Part shown: positions 27,324 to 36,159 of the stretch, in pieces
How positions within the stretch are numbered: position 1 is the first letter of the stretch
Layout of the letters: each line of letters begins with the position of its first letter
Virus record (IMG/VR): IMGVR_UViG_3300021963_000036
DNA from: a virus
Lineage: Duplodnaviria > Heunggongvirae > Uroviricota > Caudoviricetes
Reading direction: 5' to 3' (one strand)
Length of the DNA: 64,000 bases
Translations under genes and position numbers: made by a program
The notes under the pieces: generated by a model
What the model saw: only the letters and a program-made list of their open reading frames with translations
Databases searched by the model: none
What the model was told of the DNA's origin: nothing

Positions 27324-28002
27324 GTATGAAATGATACGCGATGCTGATGTGCGCGTAGGAGAAAAGACAGTTTGTTTTATTCGTGCACTAGTCGACTTTG
27401 GTGACGTGAAAGCTGGCGATATCGGTGGGGCTATCGAGAGAGAAGATAATCTATCTCATGATGGTGATTGTTGGGTCTATCACTCAGCAAAAGTATATGG
27501 CTTCGGCAAAGTTATGGGAAATGCAAAGATCAAAGATAACGCCGAAATATTTGACTTTGCCACAGTCGCGGATGATGCGATAGTGGCTGGTAATTCTAAA
27601 GTATTCCAACAAGCAACCGTGTATGGAAAAGCTGTAATCGATGGACATGCTTCAGTATACGGTGCAGCGCAGGTTTTTGGTAATTCTCGAGTGATTGGAT
27701 TCTCAAGAGTACATGACGATGCATGGATCTATGGTGATCTGCTTGTAGATGGATACTCAAATATCACGCGCAAAACAACTATGCAACCTATTACGCTGTT
27801 AGGTCTAGAATACAATGTAACCATCATGGACGATGATATAAGTATTGATTGTCAGACCAAGTCGTTCGATGAATGGCGAAAGGTTACTCGAGAAGAAGCG
27901 TTTGCATTGAATGGCAAAGCAAGTCTGAAGTTCTTCAACGAGTCTTATGACACCTTCGAGTTCCTTGTACAAAAATATAGAAAGAAGAAGTCAAATGTTT
28001 AA
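27301..28002 (+). CDS. beta-helix repeat protein
   Basis: Tandem pseudo-repeats AxVxGxxKV (NAKIKDNAEIFDFATVADDAIVAGNSKVFQQATVYGKAVIDGHASVYGAAQVFGNSRVIG). Confidence 0.4.
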   Translation: MMMEQVRKYEMIRDADVRVGEKTVCFIRALVDFGDVKAGDIGGAIEREDNLSHDGDCWVYHSAKVYGFGKVMGNAKIKDNAEIFDFATVADDAIVAGNSKVFQQATVYGKAVIDGHASVYGAAQVFGNSRVIGFSRVHDDAWIYGDLLVDGYSNITRKTTMQPITLLGLEYNVTIMDDDISIDCQTKSFDEWRKVTREEAFALNGKASLKFFNESYDTFEFLVQKYRKKKSNV

Positions 28003-28663
28003 CCATGTACAGCATGGAATAGAACTAGAGCAGCTCGGTTGTGATACTACTCCAACCGGGCGTTTCTATTTTCCACCATCGGGTGAAAAGTATCCTTCAG
28101 TCACAACAGTATTGAGTGTTCAAGATAAGTCTGGTCTCGACGCGTGGAAAGCTCGAGTTGGTGAAGAAGAAGCAAAACGAATCAGTATCCAAGCAGCGAA
28201 TCGTGGATCAGACGTTCACCTGATCGCTGAGAACTATTTGAACAATCTTCCAGACTACAAGAAAAAGTGTATGCCGATCAATCTCATGACGTTCAACACA
28301 TTGAAGCCAGTCATTGATGAGAGAGTGAACAATATCTATTTCCAGGAAGCACCACTATACAGCCACAGAATTAAGACTGCTGGACGAGTCGACTTGATCG
28401 CAGAGTTTGATGGTCAGTTATCAATCATCGACTTCAAGACATCACGTAAGCCAAAGAAGGCAGAGTGGATTGAAGGATACTTTATGCAGGAATCATTCTA
28501 TGCTGCAGCGTTCTATGAACGTACAGGTCTGGCTATCAAGCAGCTTGTGACTCTTGTTATGGTAGATGATGATAAGCCTCAAGTGTTCATTGAACAACCT
28601 ATGAAATGGCTACCGAAGTTCCTTGAACTAAGGAATAAGTATAAATCCGTTCATGGTATCTAA
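27995..28663 (+). CDS. PD-(D/E)XK nuclease (Cas4/RecB-like exonuclease fold)
   Basis: GRVDLIAEFDG ... SIIDFKTSRK matches the D-x(n)-(D/E)xK core. Confidence 0.5.
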   Translation: MFNHVQHGIELEQLGCDTTPTGRFYFPPSGEKYPSVTTVLSVQDKSGLDAWKARVGEEEAKRISIQAANRGSDVHLIAENYLNNLPDYKKKCMPINLMTFNTLKPVIDERVNNIYFQEAPLYSHRIKTAGRVDLIAEFDGQLSIIDFKTSRKPKKAEWIEGYFMQESFYAAAFYERTGLAIKQLVTLVMVDDDKPQVFIEQPMKWLPKFLELRNKYKSVHGI

Positions 28664-28804
28664 CAGAATTATTTGAAGACCATAAGGTATTATACACATA
28701 GTACGAAAGTTGTCAACCAAAAAATAAATCAAAAAGGTTGAAATAGCCTATGTACATTCCCGTTGAGAAGTACTATATCTGAATAGTAAGCAACGGAGAA
28801 GAAA

Positions 28805-28960
28805 ATGTCTGACATCGTAACGATCTTGACCGACCTTCTGATCAAAGCTCAAGAAGAGCTTGCCTCGGCTGTAACTGTGACTTCCATCGACGTCGCAAAG
28901 ACGAAAGTCAAACAGCTCGAGATGAAACTCGATCGTATCATGACTCTTGCAGATCTCTGA
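28805..28960 (+). CDS. hypothetical small protein
   Basis: 51 codons with GGAGAAG RBS. Confidence 0.3.
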   Translation: MSDIVTILTDLLIKAQEELASAVTVTSIDVAKTKVKQLEMKLDRIMTLADL

Positions 28961-28970
28961 GGTATTCAAT

Positions 28971-29378
28971 ATGACCTACACCTACGACTCCAAACTCGTT
29001 TCCGATCTTCATAAAGACACTTACGGGTTTCGCCCGTCGGTTCACTACATGGTCGAGTGGGACAAAGCAAGTCCTTCCGGCAAACAGGCAATCTGGGATG
29101 GATTGCTGGTCGACCTCGATCGTGAGATTGATCGTGAAAAGCAGGAGACTGCTCGTAGTGTAGAAATCTTCGAGTCGATGATCACCAACTCGATCAAGCT
29201 CGGAGCTGCAGATCGTGATACTGCTATCCGGTGGCTGACTCAAGCTGAAGAGTTCGAACATTCTCAGGATGTTGAGCAGTTCGTTTGGAGTCACGGTATC
29301 CTCTTCACTGACCTTGGCCGCGAGATCGTAAAGAAAGTTTGCGACGAACGTGGCATCTATTTGTTTCAACCAGAATGA
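28971..29378 (+). CDS. hypothetical protein
   Basis: ORF starting MTYTYDSKLV with GAGG RBS. Confidence 0.4.
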   Translation: MTYTYDSKLVSDLHKDTYGFRPSVHYMVEWDKASPSGKQAIWDGLLVDLDREIDREKQETARSVEIFESMITNSIKLGAADRDTAIRWLTQAEEFEHSQDVEQFVWSHGILFTDLGREIVKKVCDERGIYLFQPE

Positions 29379-29387
29379 AAGCACAAA

Positions 29388-29588
29388 ATGAAATTCGCTA
29401 ATCAAGTTGCAGCTCTGTCTCACGGATTGTCAGAGATGGCTAAGACCCATCCAAACGACATGATCTCGAATGCTATGGCTGCACTCGCAGATAAGCTCAA
29501 CACAAAAGGTGATACTCTCACCACAAAGATGTTGACAAGGTCTGAGAAGATGCTTATTGCTTACTATCATGCAAACAAGGTGAAATGA
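29388..29588 (+). CDS. hypothetical protein
   Basis: 66-aa ORF. Confidence 0.3.
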   Translation: MKFANQVAALSHGLSEMAKTHPNDMISNAMAALADKLNTKGDTLTTKMLTRSEKMLIAYYHANKVK

Positions 29589-29750
29589 AATGATCGGTCT
29601 TTCTATTCTAATCGGCGCGTACTGGATTGCTGACGCAATCATGTTCGTGCATGGTTACAAAAGTTTCTGGTTCTGTGCTAAAACAGATCAAGAAAAAGCT
29701 GTACGCAAAGCGTTCTTCGAAACCAAAAGCATTGAGTGGGACGGTAAGCA

Positions 29751-30305
29751 ATGAACCTCTTCATCCTCGATAAAGACCCCGTAAAAGCAGCTCAACTGCA
29801 GTGCGACAAGCACGTCGTCAAGATGATCGTCGAGTCTGCTCAAATGCTCTCAACGGCTCATCGTATGCTTGACGGTGTCTTGAAGCGTGCGCCTTCGAAG
29901 TCTGGCAAGACGATGTCGAAGCACTGGACTTTGCCTGACGATCGTGAAAGTGTTTTGTACAAAGCAGTTCATATGGCACATCCCTGCACTGTCTGGACTA
30001 CACTGTCAAACAACAACTACACGTGGCACTGGGTTCACTTCGCTGCTCTCTGCGACGAGTACAAGCATCGCTACGGCAAAACTCATGCGACTGATACGCT
30101 ACTTCGTGAAAAGCTGAAAGCCCTTCCTCGTAACATTCCAGTTGCACCTCTCACTCAACAGCCTCTTGCAATGAAAGCAAATCCTGAGTGTATACATCCC
30201 AATGATCCGGTTCGTTCGTACCGTGAATTCTACCAGACGAAGCAAGGCAGGTTCAAGATGGTCTGGACAAATCGTGAGGTGCCGGAATGGTTTACAGTGA
30301 AGTGA
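29751..30305 (+). CDS. hypothetical protein
   Basis: 184-aa ORF, His/Trp/Cys-rich. Confidence 0.45.
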   Translation: MNLFILDKDPVKAAQLQCDKHVVKMIVESAQMLSTAHRMLDGVLKRAPSKSGKTMSKHWTLPDDRESVLYKAVHMAHPCTVWTTLSNNNYTWHWVHFAALCDEYKHRYGKTHATDTLLREKLKALPRNIPVAPLTQQPLAMKANPECIHPNDPVRSYREFYQTKQGRFKMVWTNREVPEWFTVK

Positions 30306-30499
30306 AGAATGAGTATGGCTTCAGCGCTGAAGATGTTCGCACTTATCGCGAGTTGACTGGCACTGGCATGATGGAAGCGAAGAAGCACTTCATAGACATC
30401 TACCATCAAAAGCAGAAAGCCGAGATGGTGAAGCTTATAGAGTCTGGCACACTCGAAGATATTCAAAAAATTGTGAAAATTTTGATCGAGAGGTATTGA
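30287..30499 (+). CDS. hypothetical protein
   Basis: 70-aa ORF overlapping the upstream stop. Confidence 0.3.
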   Translation: MVYSEVKNEYGFSAEDVRTYRELTGTGMMEAKKHFIDIYHQKQKAEMVKLIESGTLEDIQKIVKILIERY

Positions 30500-30524
30500 C
30501 ACTTCTGCACCAATTGCTTATATT
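30496..30524 (+). promoter_or_regulatory. sigma70-type promoter (TTGACA-17-TATATT) followed by AATAGTAAGCA
   Basis: ttgaca at 30496-30501, tatatt at 30519-30524. Confidence 0.5.
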
Positions 30525-30554
30525 CTAATAGTAAGCAGCGGCTAGGAGGCCACT

Positions 30555-30872
30555 ATGATCACCATCTATCAAATCCCTCTCAACGGCGCCTTTTCTGATC
30601 CCAAACTTCTTTCTGCAAAGTCTGACTTGATGCTCGGCTTCAATCGTTGGAAAGACGATTATTCGAAGATGTACGTTCGCACTTACGAAGTCGACACTGA
30701 CGATCTTGAACAAGCTTTCGAGTCGACCAACCTCTGGGAGGACAACAAAGTTGTTCGTCACCGTAACGGTTCTTCTACCTCTGTCGGTGATATCGCGGTG
30801 AAAGACGGTAATTGCTACTTCTGCGACAACTACGGTTGGGTTGCACTCGGCAAATATGAAGGGATGAACTAA
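30555..30872 (+). CDS. hypothetical protein
   Basis: 105-aa ORF with AGGAGG RBS. Confidence 0.4.
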   Translation: MITIYQIPLNGAFSDPKLLSAKSDLMLGFNRWKDDYSKMYVRTYEVDTDDLEQAFESTNLWEDNKVVRHRNGSSTSVGDIAVKDGNCYFCDNYGWVALGKYEGMN

Positions 30873-30873
30873 C

Positions 30874-31227
30874 ATGGCTTACATCAGTGTTGAAGAAGTC
30901 AAGAATGTCCGTGAGAAACTCAAAGCAGAGTTTCCGAAGTTCAAGTTCTCTGTAAGCGGAGGTAGTAGCCTCGAACTGAAAGTCTCGATCATGAAAGGTC
31001 CTGAAGACTTCAGCGAACTGACGAAAGACTGGTCGAACCCGTCGATCAACGAGTTTCACTTGTATCAGTACGGTAAGTTCGAAAAGCTCTTCGAAAAGAT
31101 CCTGAGCGTCATGAAGAGCCAAGACTGGTTCGATCATTCAGACTCTTCAGTTGATTACTTCCACATCGCTTACTACGTCAACCTCTCGATCGGTAAGTGG
31201 AACAAAAAGTACGAACAAGTAAAATAG
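30874..31227 (+). CDS. hypothetical protein
   Basis: 117-aa ORF. Confidence 0.4.
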   Translation: MAYISVEEVKNVREKLKAEFPKFKFSVSGGSSLELKVSIMKGPEDFSELTKDWSNPSINEFHLYQYGKFEKLFEKILSVMKSQDWFDHSDSSVDYFHIAYYVNLSIGKWNKKYEQVK

Positions 31228-31280
31228 CTGTGTACATCATGTGTTGGATGGTATAGTCTGGTATCAGAAAGGAACTCATC

Positions 31281-33407
31281 ATGTCTCTTCTCACTAAAAA
31301 GTCTATCCTCGCCCGTCTGCTCGCGAATGAAAATGTCGCTGTTGAGCAGACGAACCATCACACAGCTTTCTTCGATGTCACCAACCGCGTGCTCGGTCTT
31401 CCGTTCTGGAAGGACATCGACAAAGATCTATACGATCTTCTAGTCGGCCACGAAATCGGCCACGCTCTCTTCACTCCGGCTGACGGCTGGCATTCCTGCA
31501 CTACCGATATTCCCGGTTGCCCTCGTGACTACGTGAACGTCGTTGAAGACATCCGCATCGAAAAGAAAGTCCTGAGCAAGTATCCAGGGCTGCTCGCTTC
31601 GTTCATGCGCGGCTACCAAGATCTTCTCAATCGCGACTTCTTCGGTCTTTCCAAGAAAGAGATCAACAAACGTTCCTTCATGGATCGCTTGAACGTCTTC
31701 TCTAAGTCTCGCGGCTTGGTGAAAGTCCACTTCAATGAAAAAGAACAACCCTACGTTGATATGGCCATGGCCGTAGAAACTTGGGAAGATGTTATCGAAG
31801 CTTGCCGCAAAATCTACGAATTCGTCAAGGGCGAAATTCAAAACGAACAAAATGCTGATCCTGACGAACAAGCATCTGGTATGCCTTCGAAGGTGATCAT
31901 CAAAGCCGGTAAGCCAAATGAAAAAGGTGAAGAGCTTTCGAAAGAAGAGATGGAAGCCATCGTGAATGGCGACATCGAAGTTGAGATCGACACCGAGTCC
32001 TTCGAGGCAGCAGCTGGTGAAGAAGGTGAAGATGGCGACGAAGGTCAAGACGGTCAAGGTTCTTCTTCGAATGAAGAAGGTGATGAGGAAGCTGAAGCTG
32101 CTCCTAGTGTTTCCACTGGTGCTGGTTCGGCTGCTGATCAAGTCGACACTGACAAAGAGTTCCGGAACAACTTCATGAAGAAGCTGGTCGACTCAGTCAA
32201 TACCGGCGGAAAGACTCTCTATGCAAAAGGTCCTACCGTTCAACAAGCAATGGCGACCATCAGCAGCTACGAAGATGTGCACGACTCTCGCTTCAGCAAA
32301 CTTCGTGCTGAAGACGAAAAGTACAAGAAAGCTCTTGCTGAAACGAAGCAGACCGTGATGCTTATGGTCAAAGAATTCGAAATGCGTAAAGCAGCTTATC
32401 GCTCTGCTCGAGCTCGAGTGTCGACCAAAGGTAGCCTCGACGTTAATCAACTCCACAAGTACAAGTACGACGACCAGCTCTTCAAGCAAGTCACCTACTT
32501 GGCAGACTCTCAATCTCACGGCATGATGATGCTGGTGGATTACTCCGGATCGATGTCGAATACCATCAAAAGTGTTCTCAAGCAGATCGTAGTGATGGTT
32601 GCCTTCTGCAAGCGAGTGAACATTCCCTTCGAAGTTTACGGCTTCACATCTATGGTAGCCGGTCCAAGGTTCGAAGCGAAACGCTTGATGGTTGAACGTA
32701 CCGCTTCGAAGTTGACGAGCGTCAGCATGGTGGGTTCTCATATTTTCAAGTTGATCGCCTCTGATATGTCGAAGCCAGTCTACGAAGAAGCATATCGTTC
32801 ACTGTGGGCTCAAAGCTACTATGGCGCAAGCTACCGTGGCAACCTCGAGCAAATGAATGGTACTCCACTCAACACTTGCCTGTTGACTATGATGCAAGTA
32901 ATCCAAACTTTCAAAGCTAAGCACAAAGTCCAGAAGATGAACTTCATCACTCTGACTGACGGTGAAAGCGAAAACATGGGTGTTCAGTACGGTATCGACA
33001 CTCAGAACCGCGGGCAGAAGTGTATCGTTAACCACATGGGCTTCAACATCGAGCAAATGTTTGGTTATGGACATGCAGCTCTGAACACGAAGAACATCTT
33101 GGAATGCTTCACCAAGATGGGTGTTCGCACTATGAACTACTACGTCAACCCTGATCGCTACCAGCTCAGCCAAAAAGCTGTAAAAGAGTTGAGCAAAGAA
33201 GGTCTGTCAGTGGTCGACAATGATGGTGGCTATGATCGCCGGTTCTACCTCCGCAATAACTCTGAGCAACTGACTGGTGTTGTGGCTGACATGGACTTTG
33301 ATGATACGGCCACTTCGTCGAAGATCGCTCGCGAATTCTCCAAGCATGCCACTTCCAAGCAAAACGCTCGGACCTTGGCTTCGAAATTCGCCGAAGTTAT
33401 TTCGTAA
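31281..33407 (+). CDS. cobT: CobT-like protein with C-terminal von Willebrand A domain (partner of the MoxR ATPase)
   Basis: 708 aa; central acidic low-complexity linker; C-terminal MIDAS-type LVDYSGSMSN; N-terminal HEIGH motif. Confidence 0.6.
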   Translation: MSLLTKKSILARLLANENVAVEQTNHHTAFFDVTNRVLGLPFWKDIDKDLYDLLVGHEIGHALFTPADGWHSCTTDIPGCPRDYVNVVEDIRIEKKVLSKYPGLLASFMRGYQDLLNRDFFGLSKKEINKRSFMDRLNVFSKSRGLVKVHFNEKEQPYVDMAMAVETWEDVIEACRKIYEFVKGEIQNEQNADPDEQASGMPSKVIIKAGKPNEKGEELSKEEMEAIVNGDIEVEIDTESFEAAAGEEGEDGDEGQDGQGSSSNEEGDEEAEAAPSVSTGAGSAADQVDTDKEFRNNFMKKLVDSVNTGGKTLYAKGPTVQQAMATISSYEDVHDSRFSKLRAEDEKYKKALAETKQTVMLMVKEFEMRKAAYRSARARVSTKGSLDVNQLHKYKYDDQLFKQVTYLADSQSHGMMMLVDYSGSMSNTIKSVLKQIVVMVAFCKRVNIPFEVYGFTSMVAGPRFEAKRLMVERTASKLTSVSMVGSHIFKLIASDMSKPVYEEAYRSLWAQSYYGASYRGNLEQMNGTPLNTCLLTMMQVIQTFKAKHKVQKMNFITLTDGESENMGVQYGIDTQNRGQKCIVNHMGFNIEQMFGYGHAALNTKNILECFTKMGVRTMNYYVNPDRYQLSQKAVKELSKEGLSVVDNDGGYDRRFYLRNNSEQLTGVVADMDFDDTATSSKIAREFSKHATSKQNARTLASKFAEVIS

Positions 33408-33423
33408 AGCTACACTTAGGGGG

Positions 33424-33452
33424 TTGACACTTCTCCCTAAGTGACTTATATA
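33424..33452 (+). promoter_or_regulatory. sigma70-type promoter (TTGACA-17-TATATA) whose -35 lies in the loop of a 7-bp hairpin
   Basis: ttgaca at 33424-33429; CTTAGGG (33415-21) pairs with CCCTAAG (33435-41). Confidence 0.5.
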
Positions 33453-33487
33453 GAATAAGTAAGCTAATCAAAACTCAGGAGACTTAA

Positions 33488-34624
33488 ATGTCCGACATCC
33501 AGTTCTTCATCGATGCTATCCGCAGTGCCAACAACGGTTCTTCTACCTTCACTCGTAAGCAGATGTTTGACTTCGCGAAAACCGCCGGTGTTAAGCAGAA
33601 AATCGTTTGGGAGACGATCAAATCTCGCCCGTCTCAGACTCGCGGCATCGTTGATCTTTCCGCTACAGTTACTCAATTGCATCCCATCCAAGATGCTCCT
33701 GCTCCAGCCGTAAAAGCCAAAGTTCAGTCGACTTCCAACGAAGACTGCTATGTTCCTTCGAAGTTGAAGACCTACGTCAAGTGGGGCCACGCAAAAGACA
33801 TCACCCAGATAATCGCTTCTCGTATGTTCTATCCTGTCTATGTCACCGGCCTCTCGGGCAATGGTAAGACCATCATGATCGAACAAGCTTGTGCTGACCT
33901 CAACCGCGAATACATCCGAGTTCAAATCACTCCTGAGACTGATGAAGACGATCTGATCGGCGGCTTCCGTCTTGTGAATGGTGAAACGGTCTTTGCCAAG
34001 GGTCCGGTTATCAAAGCGATGGAAGCCGGTGCGATCCTGCTTGTCGACGAGATCGACCGCGGTTCGAACAAGTTGATGGCTCTTCAAGGTGTCCTTGAAG
34101 GTAAGCCGGTCATGATCAAAAAGACTGGTGAGGTTATCATCCCTGCTAATGGCTTCAACATCATTGCCACGGCAAACACCAAGGGCAAAGGTTCTGAGGA
34201 TGGCAAGTTCATCGCAGCGACCATCATCGACGAAGCTTTCCTTGAACGGTTCACCATCACGATGGAACAACCTTACCCCAACCAGTCGGTTGAAAAGAAA
34301 ATCGTGATGAAGCACATGGAACTCTTCGGCGAAGTTTCTGACGAGTTTGCAGAGCTTCTGACCAAGTGGTCTCAGGCTATCCGCAAAACTTATGAAGACG
34401 GTGGTGTGGACGAACTCATCTCCACTCGTCGACTGTGCCACATCGTTCAAACTTTCTCGATCTTCAAGAACCGGAAGAAAGCAGTTGAACTCTGTGTGTC
34501 TCGCTTCGATGATGATACCCGCACGGCCTTTGTTGATCTTTACACGAAGATCGATGCTACTGCTCCGACGGTTACTCCGGTTGCTGCAGATGAAGAAGAC
34601 TACCGCAATGACTCTCCCTTCTAA
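33488..34624 (+). CDS. cobS: CobS-like MoxR-family AAA+ ATPase
   Basis: Walker A GLSGNGKT, Walker B ILLVDEIDR, sensor region ...IIATANT. Confidence 0.8.
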   Translation: MSDIQFFIDAIRSANNGSSTFTRKQMFDFAKTAGVKQKIVWETIKSRPSQTRGIVDLSATVTQLHPIQDAPAPAVKAKVQSTSNEDCYVPSKLKTYVKWGHAKDITQIIASRMFYPVYVTGLSGNGKTIMIEQACADLNREYIRVQITPETDEDDLIGGFRLVNGETVFAKGPVIKAMEAGAILLVDEIDRGSNKLMALQGVLEGKPVMIKKTGEVIIPANGFNIIATANTKGKGSEDGKFIAATIIDEAFLERFTITMEQPYPNQSVEKKIVMKHMELFGEVSDEFAELLTKWSQAIRKTYEDGGVDELISTRRLCHIVQTFSIFKNRKKAVELCVSRFDDDTRTAFVDLYTKIDATAPTVTPVAADEEDYRNDSPF

Positions 34625-34633
34625 GGAAATACA

Positions 34634-34984
34634 ATGCTAATTTCAGGAATCTGTCTTGTGGCTATCTTGGCCACAAGTTTCAATATCCAAGGTGGCCAAG
34701 AAGTCTTGGCTCTTGTCGTTTCTGGCGTAGCTGCTATGTTCTATGGCCTTATGTGTCGACTCATGGTTGGTCTATCACAGGCTGAATTGAATCATGATGC
34801 TGACATCCATAAGATGCTTATGTCATACTCCATTCAAGTAACTTCAGTAGCTATCGTGTTCATGGGACCATATTATCAAATCGCTTTGGTTGCTATGCCA
34901 TGGATCGCTATTGCAACCTTTAGCAACACTCTCTCAGTGTTAGCCAAATTTGGTTATTTGGAGATCCACGATCGTGACAAATAG
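34634..34984 (+). CDS. multi-pass membrane protein; candidate holin
   Basis: 116 aa with 3-4 predicted TM helices, directly upstream of the SAR-endolysin candidate. Confidence 0.35.
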   Translation: MLISGICLVAILATSFNIQGGQEVLALVVSGVAAMFYGLMCRLMVGLSQAELNHDADIHKMLMSYSIQVTSVAIVFMGPYYQIALVAMPWIAIATFSNTLSVLAKFGYLEIHDRDK

Positions 34985-35050
34985 GGTTGACAGCATCAAC
35001 CTTATGTGATAAGTATTGGTTACCGAAGTAAACAAACAGAGGTACTTACT

Positions 35051-35677
35051 ATGAAACTTTCAACATACATCGGACTAGGATTGTCCACGGCTACGGTTAT
35101 CGCAATGTCAGCTATTACTGTTAATGCATATGGTGACAATAATATTCCGATGAATCCTATTCAAACTGAAGTTTTTGATCCAACATTCGGATCCTCTTTA
35201 CTAAATATTCCAACGTATGATCCAGTTGTAATCACTAACGTGATTGTGGAAGTTATAGAATATCAAAAAGAACGCGACTGTCTAGCTCAAAACATTTACC
35301 ACGAAGCAATGGGTGAGTCAGAGCTTGGCCAACGAGCTGTTGCTTATGCTACCATTAATCGTACGAAAGATAACAGGTATTCTACCAGCATCTGTGAAGT
35401 GGTACATCAGGCAGTACTTGACGACAACGGCCAACCAATTCGTAACAAGTGCCAATATTCGTGGTACTGTGATGGTAAGTCTGACAAGATCAAAGACGAA
35501 GAAGCATATGAAGAAGCAATAAGGGTTGCTACCATTGTTATAAATACGTATGGTAATTCATTCGACCCTACGATGGGTGCGACCATGTACCATACTGACG
35601 ATGTTAAGCCAGAATGGCGCACTTCGTTCAACAAAACTACTGAGATCGAAAATCACATCTTCTATAGTAAGGAGTAA
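35051..35677 (+). CDS. SleB-type cell-wall hydrolase; candidate signal-anchor-release endolysin
   Basis: Hydrolase_2/SleB motifs NIYHEAMGE...GQRAVAYATINR; weakly hydrophobic Gly/Ala/Ser/Thr-rich N-terminal segment YIGLGLSTATVIAMSAITVNA. Confidence 0.55.
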   Translation: MKLSTYIGLGLSTATVIAMSAITVNAYGDNNIPMNPIQTEVFDPTFGSSLLNIPTYDPVVITNVIVEVIEYQKERDCLAQNIYHEAMGESELGQRAVAYATINRTKDNRYSTSICEVVHQAVLDDNGQPIRNKCQYSWYCDGKSDKIKDEEAYEEAIRVATIVINTYGNSFDPTMGATMYHTDDVKPEWRTSFNKTTEIENHIFYSKE

Positions 35678-35679
35678 CC

Positions 35680-35946
35680 ATGACTCGAGTTGTTCAACGT
35701 GTTCAGATGACTAGCGATACCGTTACCATCCGAACTTCCATCGGCGCTTTTAAAGTTCTTACTGTTCATGAACGAGAAGGCGTTCCAACCGTTTGGTACG
35801 AAACACTTGAGAAGGCGGTTGTTCCCGTCGAAGTAACATTCACTATTGTACCAACTGGCGGTGCGGTTCCTGATCACTCGATATATGTCGGTACTGCATT
35901 TGTGGACAACAGAGCCTCACACATCTATCAACATCCAGACGTGTGA
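35680..35946 (+). CDS. hypothetical protein
   Basis: 88-aa ORF coupled to the upstream stop. Confidence 0.35.
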   Translation: MTRVVQRVQMTSDTVTIRTSIGAFKVLTVHEREGVPTVWYETLEKAVVPVEVTFTIVPTGGAVPDHSIYVGTAFVDNRASHIYQHPDV

Positions 35947-36111
35947 GTAGAACATGAGTGAAGTCAAAACAGAAGAAGAAAAAGACGAGGGCTACACTCA
36001 GCGTGAATGGGATCGTACCGTAGGTATCGGAAAGGTTCCAGAAGAATATGCTAAACGCATCAAAACATATGAAGAAAAACAACGTAGGTATGATCGAGGC
36101 TAAACTTTTTG

Positions 36112-36141
36112 TTGACATTAACGAGTAAGTAGTGTATAAAT
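36112..36141 (+). promoter_or_regulatory. sigma70-type promoter (TTGACA-17-TATAAAT, also matching T4-late TATAAATA) driving the ORF-free ssrA-like region
   Basis: ttgaca at 36112-36117, tataaat at 36135-36141. Confidence 0.5.
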
Positions 36142-36159
36142 AGACTTGTAGTGATGATA

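Noticed and set aside
29751-30305. Possible T4 DenV (pyrimidine-dimer glycosylase) similarity of the 184-aa ORF (MNLFILDKDP...AQ..DKH)
   Set aside because: Only a loose N-terminal pattern match; the catalytic N-terminal Thr/Arg/Glu arrangement is not conserved, so it is left as hypothetical
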